Shown one piece after another: positions 1 to 10,053 of a DNA stretch of 64,000 bases. The stretch spans positions 236,012 to 300,011 of the forward strand of contig CAZDTK010000001.1 of assembly GCA_964508345.1 (NCBI GenBank), given 5' to 3'. The notes beneath the pieces were generated by a model that had not been told where the DNA came from, ran no database searches, and was given only the letters and a program-made list of their open reading frames with translations. Numbering within the stretch: the first letter of the stretch is position 1; each line of letters begins with the position of its first letter. Source of the stretch: an uncultured Actinomycetes bacterium. GTDB lineage: Bacteria; Chloroflexota; Dormibacteria; Aeolococcales; Aeolococcaceae. The position numbers and the translations under genes were made by a program.

Positions 1-314
1 CCGAGATCGACGGCACCATCGCATCCAGTTCGGATTCCGAGGGCGCGACGGTGGTGATGGACGTCTCACCGAGCACCGACCTCCCCACCTCAGAGGTCAT
101 CACCTACAGCGACGGCACCGTGAACACCACCACCTTCACCAACTGGGGGACGGCGCCATCCGTCAACGTGCCGGCGACGGCGGTTGCCTGGTCGACGCTC
201 ACCACGTCGCCGCCTCCGGACGGCTACGGCAGCGGGGAGACGCCCTCGGCTTCGGCGGCGGCAACGGCGACCGCGACCCCCACACCGACGGCGACGCCGA
301 GCGCGAGCGGGTAG
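1..314 (+). CDS. 3' end of a gene that starts upstream of the window; Thr/Pro/Ala-rich C-terminal tail, function unknown
   Basis: Open frame runs from position 3 with no stop until 314; composition-biased TPTATPSASG tail; no domain recognised. Confidence 0.3.
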   Translation, partial: EIDGTIASSSDSEGATVVMDVSPSTDLPTSEVITYSDGTVNTTTFTNWGTAPSVNVPATAVAWSTLTTSPPPDGYGSGETPSASAAATATATPTPTATPSASG

Positions 315-422
315 GCGGCCGGGAGGCCCACGCCCTCAGCCCGTGATCACGCGGGACCGGTGATCACCGCCAGGTGACCGCTCGCACGACGCGTGCCGGA
401 GGCCGCGAATCGGCCGCATTGC

Positions 423-935
423 TCATGACGGTGGCGCGCCGGAGTTGGCTTGGGATGTACCCGTCGCCCCACCCCTGCTCAGCGGCGACGGAGCCAGCAG
501 TCCGACCAGACCGGAGATGGCCGACGCGCCGATGGCGATCACCGCGGTGGGAACTGTCTTGTTGAGGAAGACCGCCGCAATGGAACCGGCCAGCACCACG
601 GCGGCAACCCCAATCAGTGCCGCGACCACCGCCACGTAGACACCGTGGTCGCCCACCTTGTTGTGCATCCGTTGCCACTGCTTCTTCTCGCCGTTCCACC
701 AGGAGTTGCCGTCGCCGGTGATGGCACCGTCGATCCGCTGCCATCTCTTGCCGTCCCACCAGCAGGTGCCGTCCGTGGTGAGGCCCCCGTCGGCGGGTGC
801 GATGGTCACTGTCGAATGCGACGGGGCGCCTGCCGCCTCGTCGGATCGCACAGGCGGTCCCCCGCCGCCGGGTGCGGGGACGGATGGCTTTCCCGGGTCA
901 GCGGATCCGCGCGTGGTCATGTGCTCGCTTGTCAT
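423..935 (-). CDS. small membrane protein with a duplicated Trp-rich motif (DGTCWWDGKRWQRIDG / GDGNSWWNGEKKQWQRM) and one TM helix
   Basis: 170-aa ORF; internal repeat visible in the translation; hydrophobic helix VYVAVVAALIGVAAVVLAGSIAAVF; high-GC3 codon usage consistent with the host. Confidence 0.35.
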   Translation of the reverse strand: MTSEHMTTRGSADPGKPSVPAPGGGGPPVRSDEAAGAPSHSTVTIAPADGGLTTDGTCWWDGKRWQRIDGAITGDGNSWWNGEKKQWQRMHNKVGDHGVYVAVVAALIGVAAVVLAGSIAAVFLNKTVPTAVIAIGASAISGLVGLLAPSPLSRGGATGTSQANSGAPPS

Positions 936-1311
936 CGCGTTTCCCCCATCGTGCCGGGACTGTCGAGGGGCGGTGCGGGTGCCACGTCCCTGGCCGCGTC
1001 CCTCCCCGCCGCTCGACCTGCGAACTCGGTGAAGCCCCGGCTCAGCGAGCAGACTCTGCGCGGAACCTCGGCGAGATGCAAGGGCAGAGCGGCCCGGTGG
1101 GGGCGACGTTCTCGTCGATCAGCCAGGCATCGATGCGCGATGCCCGGATGCGCCGCGAAACGATACGGACACGTCAGTCAAGCCGAATCTGTCACGAGTC
1201 CTCCAACCGGCGATGGTGTGCGCCGGCAGTCTCCCGGCACTCTCAGGATCCCGCCCGGAGATGCGCGTGCATCGCTCGTCGCCTGCGGGCGGCCGGGGCT
1301 AGGATGGTGAG

Positions 1312-2679
1312 ATGGAGGGCGATCCGCCGGCCGGCCATGACGATGCGCTGCATCCGGTCCGGCACCTCCGGCGAGCGCTGAGCGGCGTCACTGCGCCCCC
1401 CGCCGGCGGCCGGATCCCCCCCGAGGTCCCGCCGCCACCGGTGACCCCGCACGCCCCGCCCCGCAGGGGGCGCACGCGGCTGCGCCTGACCGCCGGCGTG
1501 GCCCTGACGCTGGCGGTCTCGGCCGCCTGGAGCGCAGCCACCCTGCACGGGGAGCAGCCGGCTCCGCCCACCTCCATCGCGTCCCAGGTTCCCGCCGACG
1601 CCATCGGGAACCTCCGCATGTTCAGCCAGAGCACGGGGTGGGCCGAGCGCCAGAGCGACGGGGCCATCCTCCACACCACCCGGGGCGTGCTGCGCTGGAC
1701 CGTCGCCTCACCGCCCACGCTCGAGACGGTCATCGCCGTCTCGTACGTTGACGTGCGGACGGCACGGGCGCTCACCGTCCCGGCCAGCGCCCAGGGCGCG
1801 ACCACCGTGGAGTCGTGGGCCACCGGTGACGGGGGAGCCACCTGGAATCGCGAGGGCAGCTTCTCGGTAGTGGGCTTCTCACCGACGCTGATCGGCACGC
1901 TCGACTTCGTGGATCCCCTCCACGGATGGTTCTCCCAACTCCAGGACGACCCCGGGGTGACCGGGACCGAGCTCTACCGCACCACGGACGGTGGCGCCGA
2001 CTGGACCCAGATCGCGTTCGTGGGCACGGGCGGACCTGCCGGCGCCGCGCCCAGCACGCAGGCCCCGACCGGGTGCGTCGCGCTCATCGCGGCCTTCGTC
2101 AGCCCCGGCACCGGCTGGCTGAGCGGGAGCTGCTCGACGGGCCCGCCGCCCCTCTATGTCAGCCACGACGGGGGCCTCAGCTGGGCGGACCAGCCGCTGG
2201 CACCCGTTCCCGGCAGCCTGTACGGAGAGCAGTCCTCGCCTCCCAGCTTCACGTCGACCGAGGACGGCACCCTGATCACCGAGGACGTCGGTGCGACGCC
2301 GGTGAGCGCCGGCCTGTTCGCCACCACCGACGGTGGGCGGACCTGGTCGCTCCGCCACTCCAGCGCGGGGACGCCCTTCGGCTCCGACTTCGTCGACACC
2401 GATCACGGCTGGCTGGCCATCTCCTCTCCTGAAAGTGGTGCCACAGCGCCCGACCTGGACGTCACCGGCGATGGGGGCAGAAGCTGGTCGGTGCTGCACG
2501 CCCTCCCCGACATCGGGTGGAACGTGTACATGGGGCTGCAGCTCGACTTCCTCACCCCCGCGGTGGGGTGGGTGTCAACCGGCGTCGACCAGTCCGACGG
2601 AGGTCGCAGCTACCTGCTGGAGACCGGTGATGGCGGCCAGACGTGGTCCGCCCTGCGCCCGCTGATCTCCATGCAGTAG
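1312..2679 (+). CDS. secreted BNR/Asp-box (Ycf48/sialidase-like) beta-propeller repeat protein
   Basis: At least 6 repeats of the S/T-x-D-G-G-x-T/S-W motif (TGDGGATW, TTDGGADW, SHDGGLSW, TTDGGRTW, TGDGGRSW, TGDGGQTW); N-terminal hydrophobic signal/anchor (LTAGVALTLAVSAAWSAA); exact start uncertain. Confidence 0.75.
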   Translation: MEGDPPAGHDDALHPVRHLRRALSGVTAPPAGGRIPPEVPPPPVTPHAPPRRGRTRLRLTAGVALTLAVSAAWSAATLHGEQPAPPTSIASQVPADAIGNLRMFSQSTGWAERQSDGAILHTTRGVLRWTVASPPTLETVIAVSYVDVRTARALTVPASAQGATTVESWATGDGGATWNREGSFSVVGFSPTLIGTLDFVDPLHGWFSQLQDDPGVTGTELYRTTDGGADWTQIAFVGTGGPAGAAPSTQAPTGCVALIAAFVSPGTGWLSGSCSTGPPPLYVSHDGGLSWADQPLAPVPGSLYGEQSSPPSFTSTEDGTLITEDVGATPVSAGLFATTDGGRTWSLRHSSAGTPFGSDFVDTDHGWLAISSPESGATAPDLDVTGDGGRSWSVLHALPDIGWNVYMGLQLDFLTPAVGWVSTGVDQSDGGRSYLLETGDGGQTWSALRPLISMQ

Positions 2680-2858
2680 CGGCCTCCGCCACGCATCTCC
2701 GGCGCTCGCCGCTCACGCGGGGCCAGGACCTCACCAGTCAGATGCTCGCCGCCGCTGCGGAGGACCGCTCCAAACGAGGAGCTCACAGCGGATTAGAATG
2801 CCTTCCGAGCGGGGCAGAGGGCTGGCCCAAGCCCGTGGCCCGTCAAGGGGGGAAGGTC

Positions 2859-3530
2859 ATGGTGCGCTTCACTCACGTGGCATCCGCCGGAGCGGCGGCC
2901 CTGCTGCTGGTCGCATGCGGGACCTCGACGGGGCAGACCCCAACGGGGACACCCAGCTCCGCTGCCACCGCGACCGGCACCGCGATGCCGACGCCGACAC
3001 CATCGCCCCCACCGACGGCGACACCCACCACCGCCCCCATCAGCCTCTCCTGCCCCTCGGCGAGCGAGGTCAGCACCGACGCCGGGGGACCCTCGTTCAT
3101 TCTCCAGGGCGCGGGAGGCAACGCCAACGAGTTGGAGCCGAACGGCCCCCCGCCTGCTGCCCCGCTACCCAGTGACCTCGCGGTCGGCTCGTGCTCCTAC
3201 ACCAACGCGGACAACATCATCATCATCATCGTCCTGGCCACCGGCTTCCCGGCCGCGGACTTCAGCACCGCCGAGCAGGACGTCACCCATCCCGAGGGCT
3301 TTGGCACCCCCACCGGCACCCAGACCTTCATCCCGCAGAGCGGCCTGGGAGACCAGGCGGTCGCCTACAGCTACAGCATCACCCCCACTGCGACCAACAG
3401 CGTCAGTTACGAGGAGGGGACGATCGCGATCCAGGGAACCAACCTGGTGAGCGTGCAGGTGTTGGGGAGCGCCTACGTCCCGACGATCCCGCAGGTGGCC
3501 AACACCCTCACCGCGGCGCTCCTGACCTGA
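2859..3530 (+). CDS. lipoprotein (LVAC lipobox), Thr/Pro-rich linker, unknown function
   Basis: Internal ATG at 2859 preceded by a G-rich RBS (ggggggaagg); signal peptide MVRFTHVASAGAAALLLVACG with Cys lipobox; the upstream part of the 2643 ORF looks non-coding. Confidence 0.6.
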   Translation: MVRFTHVASAGAAALLLVACGTSTGQTPTGTPSSAATATGTAMPTPTPSPPPTATPTTAPISLSCPSASEVSTDAGGPSFILQGAGGNANELEPNGPPPAAPLPSDLAVGSCSYTNADNIIIIIVLATGFPAADFSTAEQDVTHPEGFGTPTGTQTFIPQSGLGDQAVAYSYSITPTATNSVSYEEGTIAIQGTNLVSVQVLGSAYVPTIPQVANTLTAALLT

Positions 3531-3838
3531 GCCTCGAGGGAGCGGCGCCTTCTGCGGGAGGTCGTAGCTGTGGTCATCACGCTGGCGGTCGCGCACAGCC
3601 TCCGACGGTCGGGGATGAGGCGGTCCGGGGGTGAGGCGTGGACCTGGGCAGATCGAGATTCTCTCTGCGGGTGTTCGCTGGTGATCCGGGTACGCGCACA
3701 GCAATCGCGACACGAGGGTGTTGTTGCTGAGATTGTTGCGTCCTGTAGAGGAGGCTCAATGACCTAGGACCAAAGGGCCCAAGTACCCTACGCACGTTCG
3801 GCTAGGGTGCTCCTCGGGACCCCGCCTCCGAGGAGAAC

Positions 3839-4694
3839 CATGTCGACAGTAGCGCGGACGTTCCAGGGGCGAGGCGCCGTCCAGGTGGATTCCCGGCTCG
3901 ACTCCAGCTCGGGAGACGTCGTGTGGGGAGAGAATCGGGTCGCCTCGTCCAAGCGTCTCGCGAGAGTGGCCGGGGTCCTCTACCTGCTGGTCGGCATCCT
4001 CGGCGGGTTTGCCGAGGGGTACGTGGAACCCAAGATGTACGTTGCCGGCCACGCGGCGGCCACCGCGGGCAACGTGGTCGCGAATGCCGGCCTGATGCGC
4101 ATCGGTGTGGTGGCAGACCTATTGGATGGGACGGTCTTCGTAATCCTCGCGATGGCCCTCTACATCCTGCTGAAGGACGTGCACAAGAGCGTGGCGAGAG
4201 GGATGCTGATCCTCGTCGCCCTGGCCGCCGGCATCACCTGCCTCAGCGCACTCTTCGAGTTCGAAGGGCTGCGGGTCGCAACCGGAGCCGTCAACGTGGC
4301 CGCCTTGGGTACTGCCGGTTCGAATGCTCTGGTGCTGCTCCTGTTGGACTCCCAGCACTATGGGTTGCTCATCGCTCAGATCTTCTTTGGACTGTGGCTG
4401 GCGCCGCTGGGGTACCTCGCTTACAAGTCGGGGCGGTTCCCCAAGGCATTGGCCATCCTGCTCGTCGCGGCGAGTGTCTCCTACCTGTTCGATATGCTCG
4501 CGGCGTTCCTCGTCCCCGGTTTTGACAAGTCGATTCATACCCTCGCCAGTATCGTGCCGGCGGTCGCGGAGACGTGGATGGTCGGCTACCTTCTCATCGT
4601 CGGGGTGAGGAGCACGAGTACCGCAGGCCTCGGCGACCACAGCTCGAATGTCGATGTAGGGGGCTCCAGGCCCTCCGCAGACACGACAGATTGA
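3839..4694 (+). CDS. DUF4386-like multi-pass membrane protein
   Basis: ATG at 3839 with RBS gaggagaacc; 6-7 predicted TM helices; sequence pattern typical of the DUF4386 family (recall-based). Confidence 0.6.
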
Positions 4695-4887
4695 CGCGAG
4701 GCGAGGGCCGCTCGACGGTGACGTAGCCCGAGCGGACCGCGCCTCCGGGCATCGTGCGGCTGGGCAGCCGAGATTCTCCGTGGGTCCGTCAGATTGATCC
4801 CGTGCCCGGCCACAACCTCTTCAGCACGGCTCTGCCAGGCAATAGACTCGGGACTGACCCGTCAACACTTGGACAGGAGGGCGAAGG

Positions 4888-5367
4888 GTGGCCCCAACCA
4901 ATAAGGCGAGCAAGAGCACACAGAAGCGTGCGACTCGCACCAGCGCGAGCGGCACGGCATCCGCGGGATTCAGCGCTGAGGAGAAGGCGGCCGCCCGCGA
5001 GCGTGTCCGGGAGCTCAAGGCCGAGGCGGCCAAGGCGGATGGGGAGACAGAGCTGCTTGCCGCCATCGCCAGGATGCAGGAGCCGGATCGCACGATTGCC
5101 GAGAGGGTCCACGAACTGATCACTGCCGCAGCCCCGGCTCTCACACCGAAAACGTGGTACGGAATGCCCGCATACGCCAAGGACGGCAATGTGATCTGCT
5201 TCTTCCAAAACGCGGGGAAGTTCAAGGTCAGATACCAAACGATCGGCTTCAGCGACAAGGCGAAGATCGACGACGGTGCCATGTGGCCGATTCAGTACGC
5301 ACTCAGCAACCTGACTGCCAAGGAAGAGGCCAAGATCACCGCGCTTGTGAAGAAAGCGGTGCGCTGA
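4888..5367 (+). CDS. DUF1801 (YdhG-like) domain protein
   Basis: 159 aa; Lys/Ala-rich N-terminus then a conserved WYGMPAY...GNVICFFQ block typical of DUF1801/YdhG. Confidence 0.65.
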   Translation: MAPTNKASKSTQKRATRTSASGTASAGFSAEEKAAARERVRELKAEAAKADGETELLAAIARMQEPDRTIAERVHELITAAAPALTPKTWYGMPAYAKDGNVICFFQNAGKFKVRYQTIGFSDKAKIDDGAMWPIQYALSNLTAKEEAKITALVKKAVR

Positions 5368-5397
5368 AGGCGTCGTCCGATGTGGCCGGTGCGAACG

Positions 5398-6036
5398 CTA
5401 TCCTGCCTTCGCGGGTGGCCCCTGCGGATAGACGGTCTCGCCGCGGACGAGCATCTCCACGAACTGTGCCACGCGGCGGGCACGCGTCTCGGGGCGCTGG
5501 GCGCTTCCGATCCGGTAGAGAATCGCATAGCGGTTTCGCGATGTGAGGCGATCGAACATCGCCTGGGCCGCCCGGTTCGCACGCAGCGCTGCCGCCAGGT
5601 CGTCGGGGATCTCGATATCCCGGCTGCCCGCGTACGCCGACTCCCAGCGGCCGTCGCCCCTGGCCTGCTCAATGGCGGCGAGGCCCGCTTCCTGCATCCG
5701 CCCCTCCACGATGAGCCACTCGGCGATTGTCACATTCCGTTTCGACCAGCGGCTGCGGGCACCACGTGGGGTGAAGCGCTGGCAGTAGGTCACCTCGTCG
5801 CGCCTTCTGAGCTGGCCGTCGATCCAGCCGTGGCAGAGGGCCTCCTCCAGGGCCTCGTCGTAGTTCAGTCGGGTGGGCTCCTTCGTGCCTTTCTTGGCGA
5901 GCACGAGCCAGACGCCGGCGGCCTCGGCCTGATGGCGGCGGAGCCAGGATCGCCACGCGTCAGCGTTCTCGACGATCAGCTCAGGCAGGTCAGTGGCCAC
6001 GGCTTGGGAGCTTAGCTTCGGCCACCTGCCAGGCAC
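5398..6036 (-). CDS. YdeI/OmpD-associated family protein
   Basis: 212 aa with motifs WRSWL, VWLV, CHGWIDG, RNRYAILYRI characteristic of the YdeI/bacteriocin-protection family. Confidence 0.65.
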   Translation of the reverse strand: MPGRWPKLSSQAVATDLPELIVENADAWRSWLRRHQAEAAGVWLVLAKKGTKEPTRLNYDEALEEALCHGWIDGQLRRRDEVTYCQRFTPRGARSRWSKRNVTIAEWLIVEGRMQEAGLAAIEQARGDGRWESAYAGSRDIEIPDDLAAALRANRAAQAMFDRLTSRNRYAILYRIGSAQRPETRARRVAQFVEMLVRGETVYPQGPPAKAG

Positions 6037-6214
6037 CCTTCTTCAGGGCAGCGCCAATGCGGTGACGGTTCAGTTTGAATCGGAAGGTCGCGCAGCGTCG
6101 GGGTGGGCTCTGAGGGCCATGCCAATTGAAAGAAGCACCCCCCACATTCCGAATAAGACTAGAACGACCCCGGGCCGGCTGCAAAGGCAGCCCTGGCATC
6201 GCCCGTAGGATCGA

Positions 6215-6604
6215 TCACTCCACGAGCCTCGAGGCATGGGCTCGATACACCTCACTCTTGGCTTCGCGCCTCTGCCCGCTGTCCAGGGTCTCGATCAATG
6301 AGAGGAGACGCTTGGTCAGAATGATCAAGTACCGCGTGTCCGGAGTCAGCGCCACGAAGGTGTGAGCCACGCCGGCCGGAACGAAGACCGTCGACCCCGC
6401 CGGTGCTTCCAGCTCGCGATCGGCGAGGCGGAACCTCAAAGCTCCGGCCAGTACGTGCCACGCCTCATCGTCCGCGAGGTGGACGTGGAGCTCCCTGGGC
6501 CCGCTCCCGGTCCACTCACGCACCGCGAAGGAGTCTCCGGTCGCCTCGATGGGAGTTGTCGGGTGCCCACCGATGGCATAGCTGACGGCGGGCGTCGTGG
6601 CCAT
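6215..6604 (-). CDS. cupin domain protein
   Basis: 129 aa; cupin-like motifs (HVHLADDEAWHVLAG ... VFVPAGVAHTF). Confidence 0.6.
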   Translation of the reverse strand: MATTPAVSYAIGGHPTTPIEATGDSFAVREWTGSGPRELHVHLADDEAWHVLAGALRFRLADRELEAPAGSTVFVPAGVAHTFVALTPDTRYLIILTKRLLSLIETLDSGQRREAKSEVYRAHASRLVE

Positions 6605-6722
6605 CTCGAAAGCACCCTACCACCGAGCGCAGGCCCACGCTGTCGCCTGATCGGCGGGGCGATGGCGTGCGCCGGTAGGCCGAGCTTCTCTATGTAGGCG
6701 CTGCCCTGATCTCAACTTGGTC

Positions 6723-7127
6723 TCACCGAGACACCACCATGAGGTGGCGGTGAGCCGCGTCAGGCCAGGCTGCGATCGGGTCCGCGGCCGAGTAGATCTC
6801 CAGGCTGCTGAGGTAGCCGTGATCCAGGAAGACGAGAATCCCACCAATCTCCCCGCCCCGGTCGTCGGTCACCCTGGCTTCTGCGGGGATGGGCGATTTG
6901 GAGGCCGGAGCTGGTGGCGCCCCTTGCGGGTCCACGTGGAGGTCGACCGTCGCGCAGCCGCACTCGCACCTACCGACCACGGTGGCGTGAGGTAGTTGCG
7001 ATCGCAGGTCCTGGGCGCCCGTGAACTCCATGCCGAGGAGCTCGGTGAGCACCTCAAGCTCAGTGGCGGTCAATGCCCGCTCGGGCACCTCGCGAGTCAA
7101 GACCTCAGAGCCTACACCGGCGCCCAC
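6723..7127 (-). CDS. hypothetical protein with a CxCxC cluster
   Basis: 134-aa ORF (GRCECGCATVDLHVD); no recognisable domain. Confidence 0.35.
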   Translation of the reverse strand: MGAGVGSEVLTREVPERALTATELEVLTELLGMEFTGAQDLRSQLPHATVVGRCECGCATVDLHVDPQGAPPAPASKSPIPAEARVTDDRGGEIGGILVFLDHGYLSSLEIYSAADPIAAWPDAAHRHLMVVSR

Positions 7128-7257
7128 TCGCTCATCGGGCCGCTGGCGACGGGCGACCTCGGCAGGCCGAGATTCTCTCTAGGGCTGTCTTGTACTGGGG
7201 ACGCTCGTCACCCCTAGTCGCAACGGCGGCGACCGGCGCGTCCACCAGAATTGGCTG

Positions 7258-7503
7258 ATGCCAAAGAACCACGTCCCGAACCCCAACTGGAACGCGAAAC
7301 ACTTCTCACAAGCCAACCCGCGCGGCCGCGGACAGGGCAACGTTCCCCGGCTTCTCCGGCGTGTCGCCAACACGCTTGCGATCCTGGGTGAGATTGAGGT
7401 TCAAGATCTCGTCATGCATACGGAGATCACACCCGACGGGGCCTGGCCATCGGTCACCGTCTACTACCACTCGACAGCCAGGAGCCGCAATCGCGTCAAG
7501 TAG
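7258..7503 (+). CDS. hypothetical small protein (81 aa)
   Basis: ORF in an otherwise non-coding 440-bp gap, downstream of the recurrent GGCAG..CGAGATTCTCT motif; lower GC than neighbours; no homology recognised. Confidence 0.25.
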   Translation: MPKNHVPNPNWNAKHFSQANPRGRGQGNVPRLLRRVANTLAILGEIEVQDLVMHTEITPDGAWPSVTVYYHSTARSRNRVK

Positions 7504-7569
7504 ATACGGTCAATATCGGCAGGCCCAGCTCCACCGTCGCCGCTCCCCAGCGGAGCCGCACGCTCGCGC

Positions 7570-8328
7570 TCAGATGCTCGCCGCCGCCGCGGTGTCCAGG
7601 AACCAGCGCAGGTCACCCTCCGCCGGCCGCACCCGGGCGGCCGGGACCGTGCCCGCCGCCACGCCGCGGAGCGCATCCCCCTTGGCAGCGCCGGTGACCA
7701 GGAAGGCGACGTTGCGGGCGGCGTTCAGCACCGGGAAGGTGAGCGTGATGCGGTCGAAGGGGGCGTAGTCAGCGCGGGCTCGCGCCGCCCAGCGGTCGGT
7801 GACCTCGAGCACGGGGTCACCCGGGAACAGCGACGCGGTGTGGCCGTTCTCGCCGAGGCCGAGCAGGACGGCGTCGAGACGGGGCGCGTCGCCCGCCGCG
7901 CCGGAGGCGCAGGTGGCGGCGAGGACAGCGGCGTAGTCGGCGGCGGCCAGGTCCAGGTCCTCGCGCTCCCCCTCCATCCGGTGGACGCGCCCGGCGGCGA
8001 CCGGCACGTGGTCGAGCAGCGCCTCGCGGGCCATCCGGTAGTTGCTGCCCGGGTCGTCGGGGGGACAGGCGCGCTCGTCGCCGAAGAAGAACTCCCAGCG
8101 CGCCCAGTCGGTGCGCTCCCGGCGGGGCGCCGTGGCCAGCAGCGAGTAGAGGCTGCGCGGGGTGCTGCCCCCCGCGAGCGCGATCGCGAAGCGGCCGCTC
8201 CGGGTGATCGCGTCGCCCGCCAGGTCCAGGAGCCAGTCCGCGGCGGCCGCGGCGACCCCCGCCGGGTCGGCGGCGACGCTCACCGTGCCGGGCAGCTCGG
8301 CGGTCCCACTCATGAGGTGCTCATCCAC
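7570..8328 (-). CDS. pgl: 6-phosphogluconolactonase
   Basis: 252 aa; Pgl/NagB fold motifs (AIALAGGSTP, FFGDER, LLGLGENGHTASLFPG); last gene of the PPP operon. Confidence 0.85.
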   Translation of the reverse strand: MDEHLMSGTAELPGTVSVAADPAGVAAAAADWLLDLAGDAITRSGRFAIALAGGSTPRSLYSLLATAPRRERTDWARWEFFFGDERACPPDDPGSNYRMAREALLDHVPVAAGRVHRMEGEREDLDLAAADYAAVLAATCASGAAGDAPRLDAVLLGLGENGHTASLFPGDPVLEVTDRWAARARADYAPFDRITLTFPVLNAARNVAFLVTGAAKGDALRGVAAGTVPAARVRPAEGDLRWFLDTAAAASI

Positions 8329-8373
8329 GGCTCACATCCCTCCGCGCACCGCCCGTCTCCCTCCGCGCATCGC

Positions 8374-9984
8374 TCACGGACGGCGCCACTCCCGGCCGTC
8401 CCGGCGCATGAAGGCGTCGGCCTCGGGAGGCCCCCAGCTGCCGGCCTCGTAGTTGGGACAGTTGAGGCGATCCGGCGGGTGCGAGCGCCAGCCGTCGAGG
8501 ATGGCGGTGCACACCCGCCACGCCTCCTCGACCTCGTCCTCGCGGGCGAAGAGGGTGGCGTCGCCGAGCATCGCCTCCAGCAGCAGCCGCTCGTAGGCGT
8601 CGGGCGAGGCGCGCTGGAAGCTGGAGCCGTAGGAGAAGTCCATGGCCACGCTGCGGATCTTCATCGACTGGCCGGGGACCTTGGCGCCGAAGCGGAGCTG
8701 GATGCCCTCGTCGGGCTGGATGCGCAGCAGCAGCAGGTTGGGCTCGATGGCGTCGGGCGGCGGCGCGCCTCCCGGCATCGCCTGGTGGCCGCCGAAGGGG
8801 GAGTGGGGGACGCGGCGGAATTGGACCGCGATCTCGGTCGCCCGGCTGGGCAGGCGCTTGCCGGTGCGCAGGTAGAAGGGGGTGCCCGCCCACCGCCAGT
8901 TGTCGATGTCGAGCTTCATGGCGACGTAGGTCTCGCGCAGCGACTCGGGAAGGACGCCGGGCTCCTCGCGGTAGCCGGGGACGCGCTCGCCGTTCACCGT
9001 CCCCGGCCCGTACTGGCCGCGCACGGTGTGGAGCAGCGCGTCCTCGGGGTGGATGGGGCGGATGGCACGGAGCAGCTTGACCTTCTCGTCGCGGACCGTC
9101 TCGGTCTCGAAGTTGCTGGGGGGTTCCATGCCGACGATGGCGGCGAGCTGCATGACGTGGTTCTGGATGATGTCGCGCAGCGCCCCGGTCTCCTCGTAGA
9201 AGGGACCGCGCCCCTCCACCCCGAGCTCCTCGGCGACGGTGATCTGGATGTGGTCGATGTAGCGCCGGTTCCAGATCGGCTCGAAGATGCCGTTGGCAAA
9301 GCGGAAGACCAGGACGTTCTGGACCGTCTCCTTTCCCAGGTAGTGGTCGATGCGGTAGATCTGCGGCTCCTCGAAGGCGCCATGCAGGGCGGTGTTGAGC
9401 CCGCGGGCGGTGGCGAGGTTGCGGCCAAAGGGCTTCTCCACCACCAGCCGGCGGAACCAGGTGCGGTCCGTCTCCCGGCTCATCCCCTCGCGGCGCAGGC
9501 GCTCGGCGAGCGGCGCGAAGCCGCTGGGCGGGATCGCGAAGTAGTAGATGCGGTTGCCCGCGGTTCCCCGCTCCCGGTCGGCGCGGTCGAGCGCCTCCTT
9601 GACAGCCTCGAGCCCGCCGTCCTGGTCGGAGAACTGCGCGTAGCTCAGGCCGGCGGCGAAGCCCTCCCAGACCTCCTCGTCGAGGCGCAGCCGGGCGAAC
9701 CGCGACACCGCGTCGCGCATGCCGGCCCGGAACTGCTCGTCGCCGATGGGGTGGCGGCCGGCACCGATGACCGCGAAGCCGGCGGGGAGGAGCCCGTCCA
9801 CCGCCAGCGCGTAGAGGGCGGGGATCAGCTTGCGCTTGGTCAGGTCGCCGGTCGCCCCGAAGATGACCAGCGCGTTCGGTGGCGGCGCCGGGACCTCCTC
9901 GTCGCCGTCGCCGGACCCGCCGGGCTCCACCTCCCGCTCCGGGGAGACCTCCTCGGTCCCGGTGCCGGCGATGGTCACGCTCAC
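8374..9984 (-). CDS. zwf: glucose-6-phosphate 1-dehydrogenase
   Basis: NAD(P)-binding motif LVIFGATGDLTKRKLIPAL, active-site motif RIDHYLGKE, EKPFG; N-terminal acidic extension, start may be downstream. Confidence 0.9.
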   Translation of the reverse strand: MSVTIAGTGTEEVSPEREVEPGGSGDGDEEVPAPPPNALVIFGATGDLTKRKLIPALYALAVDGLLPAGFAVIGAGRHPIGDEQFRAGMRDAVSRFARLRLDEEVWEGFAAGLSYAQFSDQDGGLEAVKEALDRADRERGTAGNRIYYFAIPPSGFAPLAERLRREGMSRETDRTWFRRLVVEKPFGRNLATARGLNTALHGAFEEPQIYRIDHYLGKETVQNVLVFRFANGIFEPIWNRRYIDHIQITVAEELGVEGRGPFYEETGALRDIIQNHVMQLAAIVGMEPPSNFETETVRDEKVKLLRAIRPIHPEDALLHTVRGQYGPGTVNGERVPGYREEPGVLPESLRETYVAMKLDIDNWRWAGTPFYLRTGKRLPSRATEIAVQFRRVPHSPFGGHQAMPGGAPPPDAIEPNLLLLRIQPDEGIQLRFGAKVPGQSMKIRSVAMDFSYGSSFQRASPDAYERLLLEAMLGDATLFAREDEVEEAWRVCTAILDGWRSHPPDRLNCPNYEAGSWGPPEADAFMRRDGREWRRP

Positions 9985-10053
9985 GGGAGCCGGTCCACGC
10001 TGCCGGTGGCGGTCGGGGTCATGGGTGCGGCTCCACCGCCCGGTGCGCTCCGC

